A stretch of 64,000 nt of DNA, from positions 1,024,001 through 1,088,000 of the forward strand of contig CBDBCZ010000019.1 in assembly GCA_965203295.1 (NCBI GenBank). The letters are read 5' to 3'. The notes beneath the pieces were generated by a model. That model was not told where the DNA came from and made no database searches. It saw only the letters and a program-made list of their open reading frames with translations. The stretch comes from Nitrospirales bacterium (lineage in GTDB: Bacteria; Nitrospirota; Nitrospiria; Nitrospirales; UBA8639). Within the stretch, counting starts at the first letter, position 1; each line of letters opens with the position of its first letter. A program made the position numbers and the translations under genes. Below are positions 43,978-55,870 of this stretch, piece by piece.

Positions 43978-45390
43978 TTGGGTTATTCAGCGAGAGCCTC
44001 GAAGTTGTCAATGTTGGCCTAACTTCGTTTGGTGACAATATTCCTCATTCCTCAAGCCGGCGGTGTGGCGTGTGATCTGCAGTGGCGTCCGCCCGCCAGT
44101 GGCGATCCAGAGATCGGCTGGAAATTGGCCAACCTGATCAATCATCCTTTGGTAGAAGCGGCGAACGAAAAAGCCTATCAGGCCTACCTATCATCGCAGC
44201 CGGTGCTGGAAGGTGTCGGCATGGCAGCGGAGGAATTGCCCGACTTTGGTGGACGGATGATTCTGTATTCAGGACCGCCGATCGCGTGGAAAAACATGTG
44301 TGGGCCGGTCCAAGGAGCGATTATCGGCGCCATTCTGCTCGAAGGTTGGACAAATGATGTTGAGGCAGCACGCAAGCTCGCAGAGAACGGAGAGGTGCGC
44401 TTCGAACCTAACCATCACCACAATGCCGTCGGACCCATGGCCGGCATCATCAGCCCGTCAATGCCAGTATGGATCGTGAAAAACCACGAACAGGGTAATC
44501 GGGCTTACTGCAACCTGAATGAAGGCTTGGGCAAGGTTTTGCGATTTGGCGCCAATGCTCAGGACGTGATTGAGCGGCTGCGATGGATGACCAACGTCCT
44601 GGGGCCGATGTTGAAACGGGTGGTGGAAAAGCTCGGCGGTCTCGAACTCAAGCCGTTGATGGCACAAGCCCTTCATATAGGCGACGAAGTGCACAACCGA
44701 AACGTGGCTGCTTCTTCCTTGCTGCTACGCAAGCTGATCCCGGCGGCGCTGCAGGCCGAGATATCGAACTCCAATTTTTCCGCCGTGGCGCGGTTTATTG
44801 CCGGCAATGATCATTTCTTCCTGAACCTCTCTATGGCGGCCTGCAAAGCCATGTTGGATGCGGCATCCGGTGTCGCGTACAGCAGCATGGTCACGGCGAT
44901 GGCACGCAATGAGGTCATGTTCGGTATCCGACTGAGCGGCCTAGGTGAGCGCTGATTCACCACGCAGGCGCCGATCGTCGATGGCCTGTATTTCTCAGGC
45001 TACTCGCCGGCTGATGCAGCCCCTGATCTTGGTGACAGCACGATCACGGAAACCGCTGGCCTTGGGGGCTTTGCCATGGCAGCATCCCCGGCCATTGTCC
45101 AGTTCGTTGGTGGCAGCCCGCACGATGCTGTCGCTAATTCTCGGGAGATGACCAATATCACGCTCGGCCGCAACGGGGCCTTCACGCTGCCAGCCCTTGA
45201 TTTTACTGGTACACCGGCTGGTATCGATGCCTGTAAGGTGGTCGACAGCGGCATTGAACCAATTATCAATAACGGGATTGCGCACAAGGAAGCAGGCATC
45301 GGGCAAATTGGCGCGGGCATCACCTCTGCGCCGATCGCGTGTTTTAATCAGGCGATTTCGGCACTCGCAGATGAATTGCCAATCTCGTAG
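43974..45390 (+). pseudogene. DUF1116 (YlbE/AllG-like) protein; early frameshift and TGA at 44953
   Basis: AVGPMAG, NEGLGKVLRFGA, GDEVHNRN, ER*FT, PDLGDSTITET, GIAHKEAGIGQIGAG. Confidence 0.88.
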
Positions 45391-45549
45391 GGTGTTGAAA
45401 AAGGCCGCCAGCGGCGTTCTCCTTCGTTTTCCGCCTCCGGCGCGCACAGACATGACGCTTTTCGCCTCGTGCGCTCTCACGTACTCCCATGTACGCTCCG
45501 AGGTCCTCACTCAGTGTGGCCTTGCTGGACGACCTTTTTGAACGCCCTA
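45388..45549 (+). repeat. Dispersed element copy 3
   Basis: TAGGGTGTTGAAAAAGG...CCTTTTTGAACGCCCTA TIR; GCCGCCAGCGGCGTTCTC, GTAC-N6-GTAC, GGCCTTGCTGGAC. Confidence 0.85.
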
Positions 45550-45645
45550 TGGTAAAAAATCTGAGTTGCCAGCCTTTCCTTACTTTTACGCGGATTTCGA
45601 GTTTTTCGATATCCTTCTAGGTTGAAATAACGCGAGGCGGTGGAC

Positions 45646-46599
45646 ATGTCAGCAAACAGTAAGCTTGCTATCGTAGCGGTCGGTGGTAATGCCCTGATCA
45701 TCGATGAAGGCCACAATGCTATTCCCGATCAGGCCAAAGCGTCAGCACGGACATCCCGCTATATCGCGGATATCGCTGAAGCCGGTTTGAACATCGTCGT
45801 GACTCACGGTAATGGATTACAGGTGGGCTTTATCTTGCGCCGGTCTGAGATTGCCCTTGGCGAAGTACCGCCGGTGCCGATGGACTATGCCAGCGCCGAC
45901 ACCCAGGGCGCTATTGGCTACATATTTCAGCGTGCCTTGCATAACGAGTTCCGCCGCCGCGGCATCAGGCGAGAGGCTATCACCATGGTCACCCAGGTCC
46001 TGGTTGACCGGAACGATCCGGCTTTTGAAGACCCGACTAAGCCAATTGGCTCCTATATGGATGAGGACACTGCCCTTAAGTTAGGGGCGCGACAGAAGTG
46101 GCAGGTCAAAGAGGATTCAGGTCGCGGCTGGCGTCGGGTCGTACCCTCGCCTCTGCCACAGGAGATCATTGAGCTGAAAGCGATCCGTCAACTGCTCGAC
46201 GATGGGTATGTGGTGGTGGCCTGCGGCGGGGGTGGTATTCCAGTCTATGAAACCGAGAGCGGGGCCTTGAAAGGTGTCGAAGCGGTGATTGATAAGGATC
46301 TTGCTTCCAGCCTGTTGGCCAGAAAATTGGGAGCTGACATGTTGTTGATCTGTACCAGTGTGGAAAAGGTCGCTATCAATTTCAATACACCGGATGAACA
46401 CTGGCTCGACAGCATGACGCTTGCTGAGGCGAAGGACTTTCGTGCTAAAGGACAGTTCGGTGAGGATAGCATGGAGCCAAAGATCAGCGCCCTGATCAGC
46501 TATCTCGAAGATGGCGGCCGCACAGGCATCGTCACAGACCCTCCCAACATGGCCCTTGCGATCACGGGTAAAGCAGGTACACGTCTGGTTCTGGACTGA
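45646..46599 (+). CDS. arcC: Carbamate kinase
   Basis: VAVGGNAL, THGNGLQVG, PTKPIG, WRRVVPSP, GGGGIPV, EAVIDKD, SMEPK. Confidence 0.93.
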   Translation: MSANSKLAIVAVGGNALIIDEGHNAIPDQAKASARTSRYIADIAEAGLNIVVTHGNGLQVGFILRRSEIALGEVPPVPMDYASADTQGAIGYIFQRALHNEFRRRGIRREAITMVTQVLVDRNDPAFEDPTKPIGSYMDEDTALKLGARQKWQVKEDSGRGWRRVVPSPLPQEIIELKAIRQLLDDGYVVVACGGGGIPVYETESGALKGVEAVIDKDLASSLLARKLGADMLLICTSVEKVAINFNTPDEHWLDSMTLAEAKDFRAKGQFGEDSMEPKISALISYLEDGGRTGIVTDPPNMALAITGKAGTRLVLD

Positions 46600-46971
46600 C
46601 CCCTTAACGTGTTGTCGAGCGTGGCTTGTCCAGGCGAAAGTCCATCCAGGATGCAATCTGCGACCATGCGCATCTCGGTCTCTCGGCTTCTGGGGAGGGG
46701 ATTGTAGAGACAAAGCCTCCAATCGGTAGGCGAGGATCGTTCGGCGATAGGCCTTGAGCTACCGACATCCAAAACCAATGTCTGAAAAGCCAACGCCCAA
46801 TTGATTCTGGCCCCACTTGAGAATTCCGGTCTTTCGGTCACCTAAGGCTGGCTCTAGCCGATAGATTTGTGGCCGCATCGTTAGGGAATCCAAGGTTGAG
46901 TGTGCAGCCTTCCCACATGGTTCCAGAGTAAAGAATTCCCACGAGGGAAAAGGCTGGTATGTGGCTCATGG

Positions 46972-48505
46972 TTACCCTTCCGCCTTTGCAGTTTGCTGAC
47001 TGGCTGTGGCCACGTCCCATCCCACGCCCACGGCCTTGAAGAGTGCCACCATTTCATTAATACGGGCCCGTTGCGTTTCGACGAGCGCCTGTTCCGCAAA
47101 CAGAACAGAGCGTTGCGCTTCAAGGACATCGAGGTAAGTCACCAATCCTTCACGGTACCGAATTTCAGCTAACTCTCGGGCTTCCTGAGCCGCTTCGACT
47201 GTCCAGTTGTTTCCTTCTGGTTTGTAACGCGACAAGGAGATCAGCGACTTCCCGAAAGGCGTTGAGAATGGTTTGCTGGTAACGTTCTAAGAGTTGTTCG
47301 TGTCGGGCCTCAGCAGCTTCCAATCGTACGAGGTTGGTAAAGCCTGTGAAAATAGGAAGAGTGACGGACGGTCCAATAGTCATGGTTCGGCTTTCCCAAT
47401 TGAACCATTTGTTGAATTCACTGGTTTGAAACCTGCCACTCCCTGTGATGGCCACAGAGGGAAAGAAGTAAGCCCGTGCCTCTCCGATTCGTGCGTTGGC
47501 TGCGATGAGCGTGTGCTCGACTTCACGAATATCTGGCCGTCTTTCGAGGAGATCAGAAGGCAACCCCACGGGAATCTCCGGCTTCACCAACAGATCTCGA
47601 AGTGGTCGGTGGGGGAGTCGAAGGCTATTTGGTGTAGAACCCGTGAGCACTTGTAAGCGATGGAGTTCAAGAGCCCGGAGCCGCTGGATATTAGGGATTT
47701 CAGCCGCGCTTTCAGCCACAAGCACTTCGGCTCGTTTGACATCCAGGTTATTGGCCAGGCCCGCTTTCCCGCGGCTGGTGATGAGATTTAGAGAATCCTG
47801 TCGAATGGCCAGATTTTTTTCAGCTATTTCGATCTGTTCATCCAATTCCCGTAAACGGAAATAGGATTGTCCAACATCGCTAATGAGCGACAACATGACC
47901 GCTCGGCGGTCTATATCCAGGGCTTCTGCCTCTTCCCGTGCCCATTCTTGTCCGCGTCGTATCCGTCCCCATAAATCAAGTTCCCAGCGCAAATCCAGCA
48001 CGGCATTCCAAATATCGAAGTCTGCACCGGGCGGGGCAAAGCCTTCCGGTGCCCCGCTAGTGGGTGCTGCAAGTATGGTCTCTGATCGGCGAATTCGGTT
48101 GTAGCTGCCATCGAGATTGAGTTGTGGGTATAGGCCGGCCCCAGCGCCTAGGGTAATGGCGCGGCCTTCGAGCACACGGTAGCTCGCTTCTCCCAAATCG
48201 TGATTTTTTCTTAATGCCAGAGCAATCAACGAATCGAGCTCGTCGTTCTTGAAAGCTCGCCACCAATTGGCTTCTGGAAGTGCTTCAGTTGAGAAGGAGA
48301 ATTCCTTGAATTCTTCATCCTGAAATTCTTGACCCCATTCCGTAGGTATCTCAAGCTCAGGGCGTTCATAGTCTGGCCCAACCATACAGGCGGTCAAGCT
48401 TCCGGCAATGGACATGACGATAAGACCATAGGCGAAACGGCCATAGAAGAAATGGCACGAACTTTTTTGTCGCCATCTCAGTAAATGTCTTTTTACTGTT
48501 TCCAT
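46972..48505 (-). pseudogene. NodT-family outer membrane efflux lipoprotein, 3' frameshift
   Basis: LTAC lipobox, WELDLWGRIRR, LLERRPDI; C-terminal LFKAVGVGW in another frame. Confidence 0.85.
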
Positions 48506-48519
48506 AGCGCTCTCCTCCC

Positions 48520-49491
48520 TTACGGTATTCCGGCCGGTTCCTGGTTCCCCTCATCCTGGATCGGTTCTTTCCGTTCAATAAAGACATCAACCTGCTGGCC
48601 AACATAAACTGGGAATTGCGGTTTCGCGAATCGATAAATGACTTGAAGGACTCGAGTATCCACGCGTTCACGATTATCTCCAGTGAGGGAACGTTTCGGG
48701 ACAATGTAGGGTTCGATGCGGGTAAAGGTAAGGGAGATTGCTTTGTCGGTTGACCCCTTGAGGTAGGCTACGGCCGGACTGTCAACCTGCACTAAGGGGG
48801 CATTGACTTCATCCACATCAGCACGAACTTGCAGCGTCTCGATAGCTCCGAGAAGAATGAGAGATTCATCAGGTCCCACCATGGCATACTCGCCCGCCCG
48901 GACATTGACTTGAAGGACTGTGCCCGACCGTGGAGCTCGAACCGTTAAGCGGTCAAGAAGAGCTTTGGTTTCATCCCGCTAGGTCTTAATCAATTTGAGG
49001 TCGGTTTGGGCCCGTAACAATGCGTGTTTGGCCCTTTCCACCTCATGCCATTTTCGTTTGATGTCATCGACACTGACGGCTCGGCGGTCTTGAACGGCTT
49101 GAAATCGTTTCAATTGGTCGATCAAATCTTTCAAGAGGACTCGTTGCTCGGCGATTCGGGCCTTGGCTGATGGAATGGCAAATTCCCGAGTTCGAAGCCG
49201 GGCACGCAACTCACGGTCATCCAACTGAAACAAGGGTGCTCCACGTTCCACCCGATCGCTGACCGCGACATGGACCTGGGTGATAAGGCCTGATACAGGA
49301 GGAGCGATTCGGACATTCTCATTGATTGCCTCGATGATTCCCGCCGCCGCAACGGTTGCAGCGTAGGGATTGGTCGGTGGTGTTTCGAGAGGAGGAGGCG
49401 CAATCGGCTTTTCCCCTGCCCCCTAAAGCGCGTCAATGGTGAGAAAGATTCCGAGAATCGCAATCCAAAAACTGAGTCGCCGAAGGATCAT
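48520..49491 (-). pseudogene. HlyD-type membrane fusion protein, fragmented
   Basis: PLFQLDDRE, VRADVDE, ERVDTRVLQVIY; TAG at 48979 and frameshifts. Confidence 0.8.
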
Positions 49492-50217
49492 GAGGTCGTC
49501 CTTTCTCCGTTGTGGTCAACCTGATGGATCCGGCCATCATCCATATGGACGATTCGATCGCCGAATTCAAAAATTCTGGAATCATGCGTGATGATGATCA
49601 TGGCCCGATCGGACCGCTTCCCGACTTGCTGCATCCGCTCCACCACCTTGTGTCCCGTATCCGCATCAAGGCTAGCCGTCGGCTCATCACATAACAGCAA
49701 CCGAGGTTCGCCGACTAATGCCCGGGCAATGGCAACCCGCTGTTGCTCACCACCGGAAAGCTTTGCGGGTAAGGCCTTAGCACGTTGGCTCATCCCAAGC
49801 TGGTCCAAAGTTTCTACGGCTCGGCTGAACGCTTGATTTTTCGCCATGCCTCGAATCAATAAAGGCATAGTGGCGTTCTCGGTAGCCGTCAATGTCGGCA
49901 AGAGGTTGAATTGTTGAAACACAAAGCCTAAGTGTGCTTTTCGGAACTCGGTTTTGGCTGAAGGAGAAATTTCGGGAATTGATTGATCCAAGATGGTGAG
50001 TTCCCCCTGAGCTGTCTCAAGAATTCCAGCAATGACGGAGAGGAGGGTTGTCTTGCCGCTCCACAAGAAAGAGAACTTCTCCCATGGCGACATCCAAATC
50101 CACGCCCTTGAGCACAGGGACCTGAGTGTCGCCTTCTCCAAAAGTCTTGCTGATTCCGCGAGCCCGTACCAATGGTCGGGGTGTGGCTTCCGGTGTCGAT
50201 AAACTGGAATTGGCCAT
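49488..50217 (-). pseudogene. ABC exporter ATPase (LolD/DevA-like), Walker A disrupted
   Basis: [22 protein letters not shown]; frameshift/deletion just before SGKT. Confidence 0.85.
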
Positions 50218-50219
50218 GG

Positions 50220-51341
50220 TTACCCTCGAAAGACAATCGCCGGTGAGCTTGCGAATGCTGATGGCACTGGATATGGCACAGAGCCCAACAGAGCGACGAA
50301 CATGCCAGCCACAAGGGGCTATGTTTCGACAAACGGCAATCTATCTTCCCCTGCTACGGTCAGTCCAAAAAGTGTAGCTAATCCTACACCGATCCCGTAT
50401 CCGATAAACCCGACAGTGAAACTCTGGAGCAAGATCATGCGAGCGAGCATCCCAGTGCTCGCTCCGATGGCCTTTAATGCACCAAATTGTTTGAGGTTTT
50501 CCACGGTGAATAAATAAAATGTTTATCCCGAGATGGCCATGCCAACGAGAAATCCTAGAAAGACTGTCGTGCCAAAATTGACGCCGATCCCCGTGTTGTT
50601 CAACACCCATTGAATAGTCTTCCAGCCGAACTCCTCCGCGGTATACGCCCCAAGACTCGTCTCGGCTGTGATGCGACGGGCCAAATTCTCAGGGGATATC
50701 CCGTCGACCGGTTTGGCAAGAACATAGGATAACTTTCGCCGCTCGGGAGGTGTATAGCTCAGCGCACGATCGTAGGTCGTGTACACAAAGGGGACATTTT
50801 GAAAGCTTTTTTGAGTATAAGCGATGGCCACAACTTTGGCTTGACGATCATTAATTTCAAAAATGGTTCCGAGTTTGATCATGTCCGGACCTCCTAGGCG
50901 ATCCACCGTCCATATATCGACGACGACGGTATCGGGGGTACGGAGATCTTCGATTCGCCCTTCAAGAATTTTCGTCGGCCGACCAATCAAGGTTGCCGAA
51001 TCCAACCCAACTAAGGAAATCTGTTGGTAATTCCCATCAGCCAGTTTGGCCCGCTGTAATCCCTTATACAAAGGCACGGCCCACTCGACGCCTGGTACAC
51101 TCCGCACGATCGTGACAGCGGTATCGGCCAAGGGTTTGACCTCTTCGACTTGATTAATATTCGGATCGGTGACCCAGATCGGTGCATTAATATTGCTAAT
51201 GCCGGATTGGGACCAGGTCATGAAGCCCCAGAAAATTGAGCCTTGCTGGACGATCAACATCGTCGAAAAGGTCAGTCCAGCCAACAGCATGAGATACTTG
51301 GCCCGATCGCCAAACAACATTTTTAAAGCAATAAAATTCAT
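50220..51341 (-). pseudogene. ABC exporter permease (DevC/FtsX-like), TAA at 50523
   Basis: IALKMLFGDRAKY; AISG*TFYLFTVENLKQFGALKAIGAS; ends PAIVFRG. Confidence 0.85.
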
Positions 51342-52021
51342 GTTTTCTTTATCTTTCTCGTGCGTCGAATTGATCGACCATTCACTTGTTTGGACATTCT
51401 TTTTTTACGGTTAGGCACCCGAAGACCATTCAAAAAGACCGTGACGAAGGTGTTGACAATCTGTTCAAATGATTGAGGAACAGTCACGCCAAACAGTTGG
51501 CTAAGGAGGCGATGATAAATCAACATCCCCATAAACGCCCTGGCCGAAACTAAAGGTGGAACAGGGCGAAAGACCCCTTCGTGTATGCGCTGGTCGATAT
51601 ACCCTCCTAAAAAGTCGTAAAACACGCGAACGTGTTTTTTGAAAAACATATCTGAGAGTTCGTGCCCTTCCAACGCGCTAAACAACAAGAGCCGCAAGAG
51701 GTTTGGGTCAGACACCTTGTAGACAATGGCCTTCGCTATATGAGTAAACACCGCGAGGTCATCTTCTTGTTTCGTCAATTTGCGAATATCGGCTAAGAGC
51801 CCAGGAACCGGAGATTGTTCGGCCATAATCGCCGCATAAAGGTGATTCTTTGTCGGAAAATGTCTGAACACCAAGGCTTCGCTCACGCCAGCCCGTTTTG
51901 CAATTTCTCGGGTCTTGGTTCCATTAAATCCCTTGGCGGCAAACAGGGATGTCGCAGATTCGAGAATACTGGCTTTGCGTTCTGAACTGGAAATTCGAAC
52001 GGTAGGGAGTGTCTTTTTCAT
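51338..52021 (-). CDS. TetR-family regulator
   Basis: ILESATSLFAAKGFNGTKTREIAKRAGVSEALVFRHFPTK. Confidence 0.92.
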   Translation of the reverse strand: MKKTLPTVRISSSERKASILESATSLFAAKGFNGTKTREIAKRAGVSEALVFRHFPTKNHLYAAIMAEQSPVPGLLADIRKLTKQEDDLAVFTHIAKAIVYKVSDPNLLRLLLFSALEGHELSDMFFKKHVRVFYDFLGGYIDQRIHEGVFRPVPPLVSARAFMGMLIYHRLLSQLFGVTVPQSFEQIVNTFVTVFLNGLRVPNRKKRMSKQVNGRSIRRTRKIKKT

Positions 52022-52041
52022 TCTGGCGTTGCTATCCTCTG

Positions 52042-52060
52042 GTAAGTAAGTATTTACTAA
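52042..52060. promoter_or_regulatory. Imperfect palindrome, candidate TetR operator
   Basis: GTAAGTAAGTATTTACTAAC just upstream of tetR, downstream of minus-strand TTGACA at 52097. Confidence 0.55.
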
Positions 52061-52279
52061 CATTAGAAATTTACTCTCACAGAAATCTGATTGTCAACAA
52101 GAAATTCCACCTGGATTTTGAAGAATGCCGGAATTCCTGGTGTGGTACGACGATCCCATCTGCTGCCTCTTGATTTCCCATCAAGAGACACATACCTACG
52201 TATCCACTGTTAATTAAATAGCTGTATAATGAAACAAAGAAGCGTTAAGAAAAGAGTAAGGGAGCCAAAACAGAAGAGT

Positions 52280-53106
52280 ATGGACTTTCAACAAATGATC
52301 GGTCTTGGAGTAGCTGGTAACTTCACGGGCCACTTGGAACAGGCAGGAGAAGCGGAATATTTTGTCGATGTCAAAGTCAGGGATAATCAACAGCCGAAAG
52401 GCTTATTTCCCTTTTATGTCCCTGGATATGCCGCTTCATTTCTGAACACCTATCCGATTTCGTCAACACACATTACCTTCCCTCAAGAAGGCGTCGATCT
52501 GCAAATAGAGCCGGAAATGGCCATCATTTGTAGGTTGGGCTATCAAAAGGAGAAAGTCCACGAACTCCATCCTGTGAAATTTGGCGCATATAATGACTGC
52601 TCAATTAGAAAACCAGGAGCACGAAAAATTAGTGAAAAGAAAAATTGGGGAAAACACTCAAAAGGGTTGTCTCAGAACCTGATAGAGATCGATCGCTTTA
52701 CTTCTGGAGGCATCATGGACCAATTCCGCATTGCGTCCTTCCTCAGACGAGACGAACAATTGCATGAATATGGAATTGACAGCCCTGCGTTAGGGTACAG
52801 CTATTTTATGAGCCCTTACAAGAGTGGATCATTGACAGGATGAATTCTCAAATTGATGAAGGACCACTTGAGTCGATTGCAGAGCTGATTCGACAGGCCA
52901 AGTATCCGGAATACGCCATCATTAGCATAGGAGCTACTCGGTACACAGAGTTTGGAGAACGGACCTATTTACAACCGGGCGATGAAAGCATTGTAGTTGT
53001 CTATGACTGGTCTATTTATGAGTCCAAAGCCATCGTGCAACGCTTGAATGAGCGTAATTATGAAGGGGCGGGCATGCCTGTCCTGTCACAGCACGTTGTC
53101 ACATAA
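52280..53106 (+). pseudogene. DUF5718-like protein, frameshifted at ~52810
   Basis: IGLGVAGNFTGHLEQAGEA, YNDCSIR, KISEKKNWG, SIGATRYT. Confidence 0.7.
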
Positions 53107-53434
53107 CAAAAGAAACCCTGCAGCTCTCGCCGGAGTATGCGAATCGGTATAACGAATTGCGTTCGTCCTTGCTCCTTTTTGTCAATAAACGTTTTGCTGT
53201 TATCCTCGGAGTTTCAACTCAGGAAAATTTTCGAACTTTCACTAATACTCCTCCAATCCTTTTCTTGCCATTTCTTTACCCCTTTTCTTCTTTTCCTTCT
53301 TTCTGCGGTAGGCTCTGTGTGTTCATCTTCTGGGTGAGCTTGATTATTGCTCGATCTTCCTATTCACTGGTTTCTAAAATTCGCATAGCTAACTCAATGA
53401 CTTGGCTTTAAGAACCTCATTTTGATCCCTAGTG

Positions 53435-54250
53435 ATGAAGACGAACTTCAACAAATGCGGACTCTGCCATGAAATGAAAGTACTTCAGAAGAGCCATCTT
53501 ATGCCAGCTGCCTTCTACAAACGGTGCAGAGGCACGAGAGGTGGTGCTAGCAGGGATCCAATGATGGTCATAGGGAACAAGGCTATCAAAACGTCTCTGC
53601 AGGTGCCTGAGCTGTTCTTATGCCGAGATTGCGAAAACTTGTTTTCGAAGAATGGAGAAAACTACGTCCTCGATCAAAGTGTTCAACCCGACAAGGGTCG
53701 GTTTCCTCTTCGTGAGTTCTTGCTAGATAACTGTTCACTTGTAAGCAATGACGATTATCAGATCTATGATGCCAAGCAGCTCCTAGGTCCTAAGGTAGAG
53801 CTCCTACTCTACTTTTCCGCGAGCGTTTTCTGGCATGCGTGTGCAAGGTCCTGGAAAGTACAGATATGCCTCGGACCGTATCAAGAGTCGTTCAGACGTT
53901 ATCTCCTCAGGCAGGCGCCGCTCCCGCAAAATGCACGAATATTTGTGTGGGTCGCCAGCGAGGATATACAAAAACTGTTGGCTGTGTTGCCTCCTCGCTC
54001 GGAAAGGATCACCGATGTGCCCAGTGTGCGTATGCACAAATTCTATATTCCCGGCCTTCTCTTTATCTTACTTCTCGGCCAGAAGATCACGAATGAGTTC
54101 GACAAAGGAGGACTGAACGGCACCTCGCAGCAGCTCATCTGGTTGCGTCCATGGAAAGATCCAGATGAGTCACTTTTCCAAACGTTCACACGCGAGGTGC
54201 GACAATCGGAATTTTTAGGGCAGCTACGCAGACACCCTCGGGTCAAATAA
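53435..54250 (+). CDS. HNH-like zinc-binding protein
   Basis: CGLC..KSHLMP..LFLCRDCENLF..GE. Confidence 0.6.
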   Translation: MKTNFNKCGLCHEMKVLQKSHLMPAAFYKRCRGTRGGASRDPMMVIGNKAIKTSLQVPELFLCRDCENLFSKNGENYVLDQSVQPDKGRFPLREFLLDNCSLVSNDDYQIYDAKQLLGPKVELLLYFSASVFWHACARSWKVQICLGPYQESFRRYLLRQAPLPQNARIFVWVASEDIQKLLAVLPPRSERITDVPSVRMHKFYIPGLLFILLLGQKITNEFDKGGLNGTSQQLIWLRPWKDPDESLFQTFTREVRQSEFLGQLRRHPRVK

Positions 54251-54266
54251 GCTATGCGTGGAAGAT

Positions 54267-54430
54267 GGGGTCGCGTCTTGCATTCATATATGCCTCTACT
54301 ACACACTGTGTTTGCTGAGAATCCTCGCGACAAGCAATGTCATAAACGAACCCCGCAAAAGCCAGAAGTCATGGACGAGCCATGTGTAGAGATTATGCTT
54401 CAGGCATGTAGTATTGCAAGACCTGACCCT
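54267..54430. repeat. REP-like inverted repeat pair
   Basis: GGGGTCGCGTCTTGCA ... TGCAAGACCTGACCC. Confidence 0.6.
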
Positions 54431-54462
54431 TAACTCTCACTATGTCGGTAAGTAAAAACGGG

Positions 54463-55194
54463 TTACCACTGGTGGGATGATTGGTTATTAAGGTTCCGTT
54501 CGTTCCATTCTTGGACAGCTTGACGTAACGTGACTGCTCCTCCTGGGATCAACCAGCATGTCGACCCTACATCATTTAGAGTGGAACCGCCTGCTCTGGC
54601 TTTCACGTGCAGGTAATTCGAGCTTATCGGGACTGGGTGGTAGTGGGTTTCGATCTGATACTGATTGATTTGGGGGTACTCCGTGATGGTTGGGTCTGGG
54701 ATACTGATGGTCGCATAGATATAAACGGTGTCTTCACTCACGTAGAGACCGCCATGAGTGATGGTTGCTCTAGTGGGTTTTCCACCGATCCAGTTCTGAA
54801 TGAGGGGGTTGGTGGCCTGTGCTGAGACAGTCACCGGCTCTTGTGTCGTGGATGAACTCCAGAAGTCAACCTCTGATGTAATATTTTTTCATTTCTTCTT
54901 CCTTTCCTTTTCTTTCTTCTTTTTCGGTTCCGGTTTTGTCTCCTTTGGCGGGGATATCGTGAGAGTCGTTGATGAGGTTACCGGTTCTTCAACCGATTCT
55001 TTAGCTTTCTTCGATGCCGTGGTTTGTCTTTTCTTTGCCTTTTCGATGGCGGTGTCGATCAGGGTATCCAACTCTGCAAGGCTTATTGCTTGCGCGAAGT
55101 AGTAATCGAAATCTTCTTCTGCATATTCGTATAGTGATCCACCGAACCCGAGCGATCGGCTGTATTTCTGACGAAGTTTCTTCTTTTGTTGCAT
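54463..55194 (-). pseudogene. Unknown Lys-rich ORF interrupted by in-frame TGA at 54889
   Basis: Two ORFs in the same frame, separated by one stop and 18 open codons. Confidence 0.4.
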
Positions 55195-55870
55195 CCCTTT
55201 TTTGTCGAGGTCTTGGTCTTCGAGACGTTGAATCGGGTTGATACGGGGATAGCGTTGAATCTGTTGCCCGGTTTTCTCAAAATAGCCTTGAAGGATTTCA
55301 CACCGTGGCTGAGGGAAGGCATGTGTTTTTTGAACGAGTATGCGGTCTAATAGCGTTCTCTGTGCAGCAAGTCTCGGGCTTTGATCGATTTGTGTTTTTA
55401 ACTGGAGATTGTTATTGATCAGGGCTTTGGAAAAATTGTTTTCAATTTCAAAAGATGGAAGCCCCGATTGTTAAGAAAGGAAGACGGAAGACTTAGTTTT
55501 TTTCTGAGCAGCGCGGTCGGCACTCGCTCTGCTTTGATTTGATTGATAACGTTGATCGCTCGCGGTTTTCATCGCTTCGAACATACTCCAGAAGTCTTCG
55601 AGAAACAAGGCATTTGTTTGAGTCGCAACGAATCGAACGTTATTGAGGGAAGAGGTCAAAACGTTTGTTGACTCAACGACGACTCTTACTTCTCTTCCTA
55701 AAGAATGCCGAAGAAGCAATACTAATCTCTGGGGAGAAAACAAGCCCTTTCTTAGGTGACCTAGAAAGTGCCCAAGCAGCAAGGTAACGAGCGCGGTCAG
55801 GATAATGACCCCAAGGTCTATGAACACGTCATCGGGTTATCTTTTCCCTGAACTCGCTGTGCTGAAGTTT

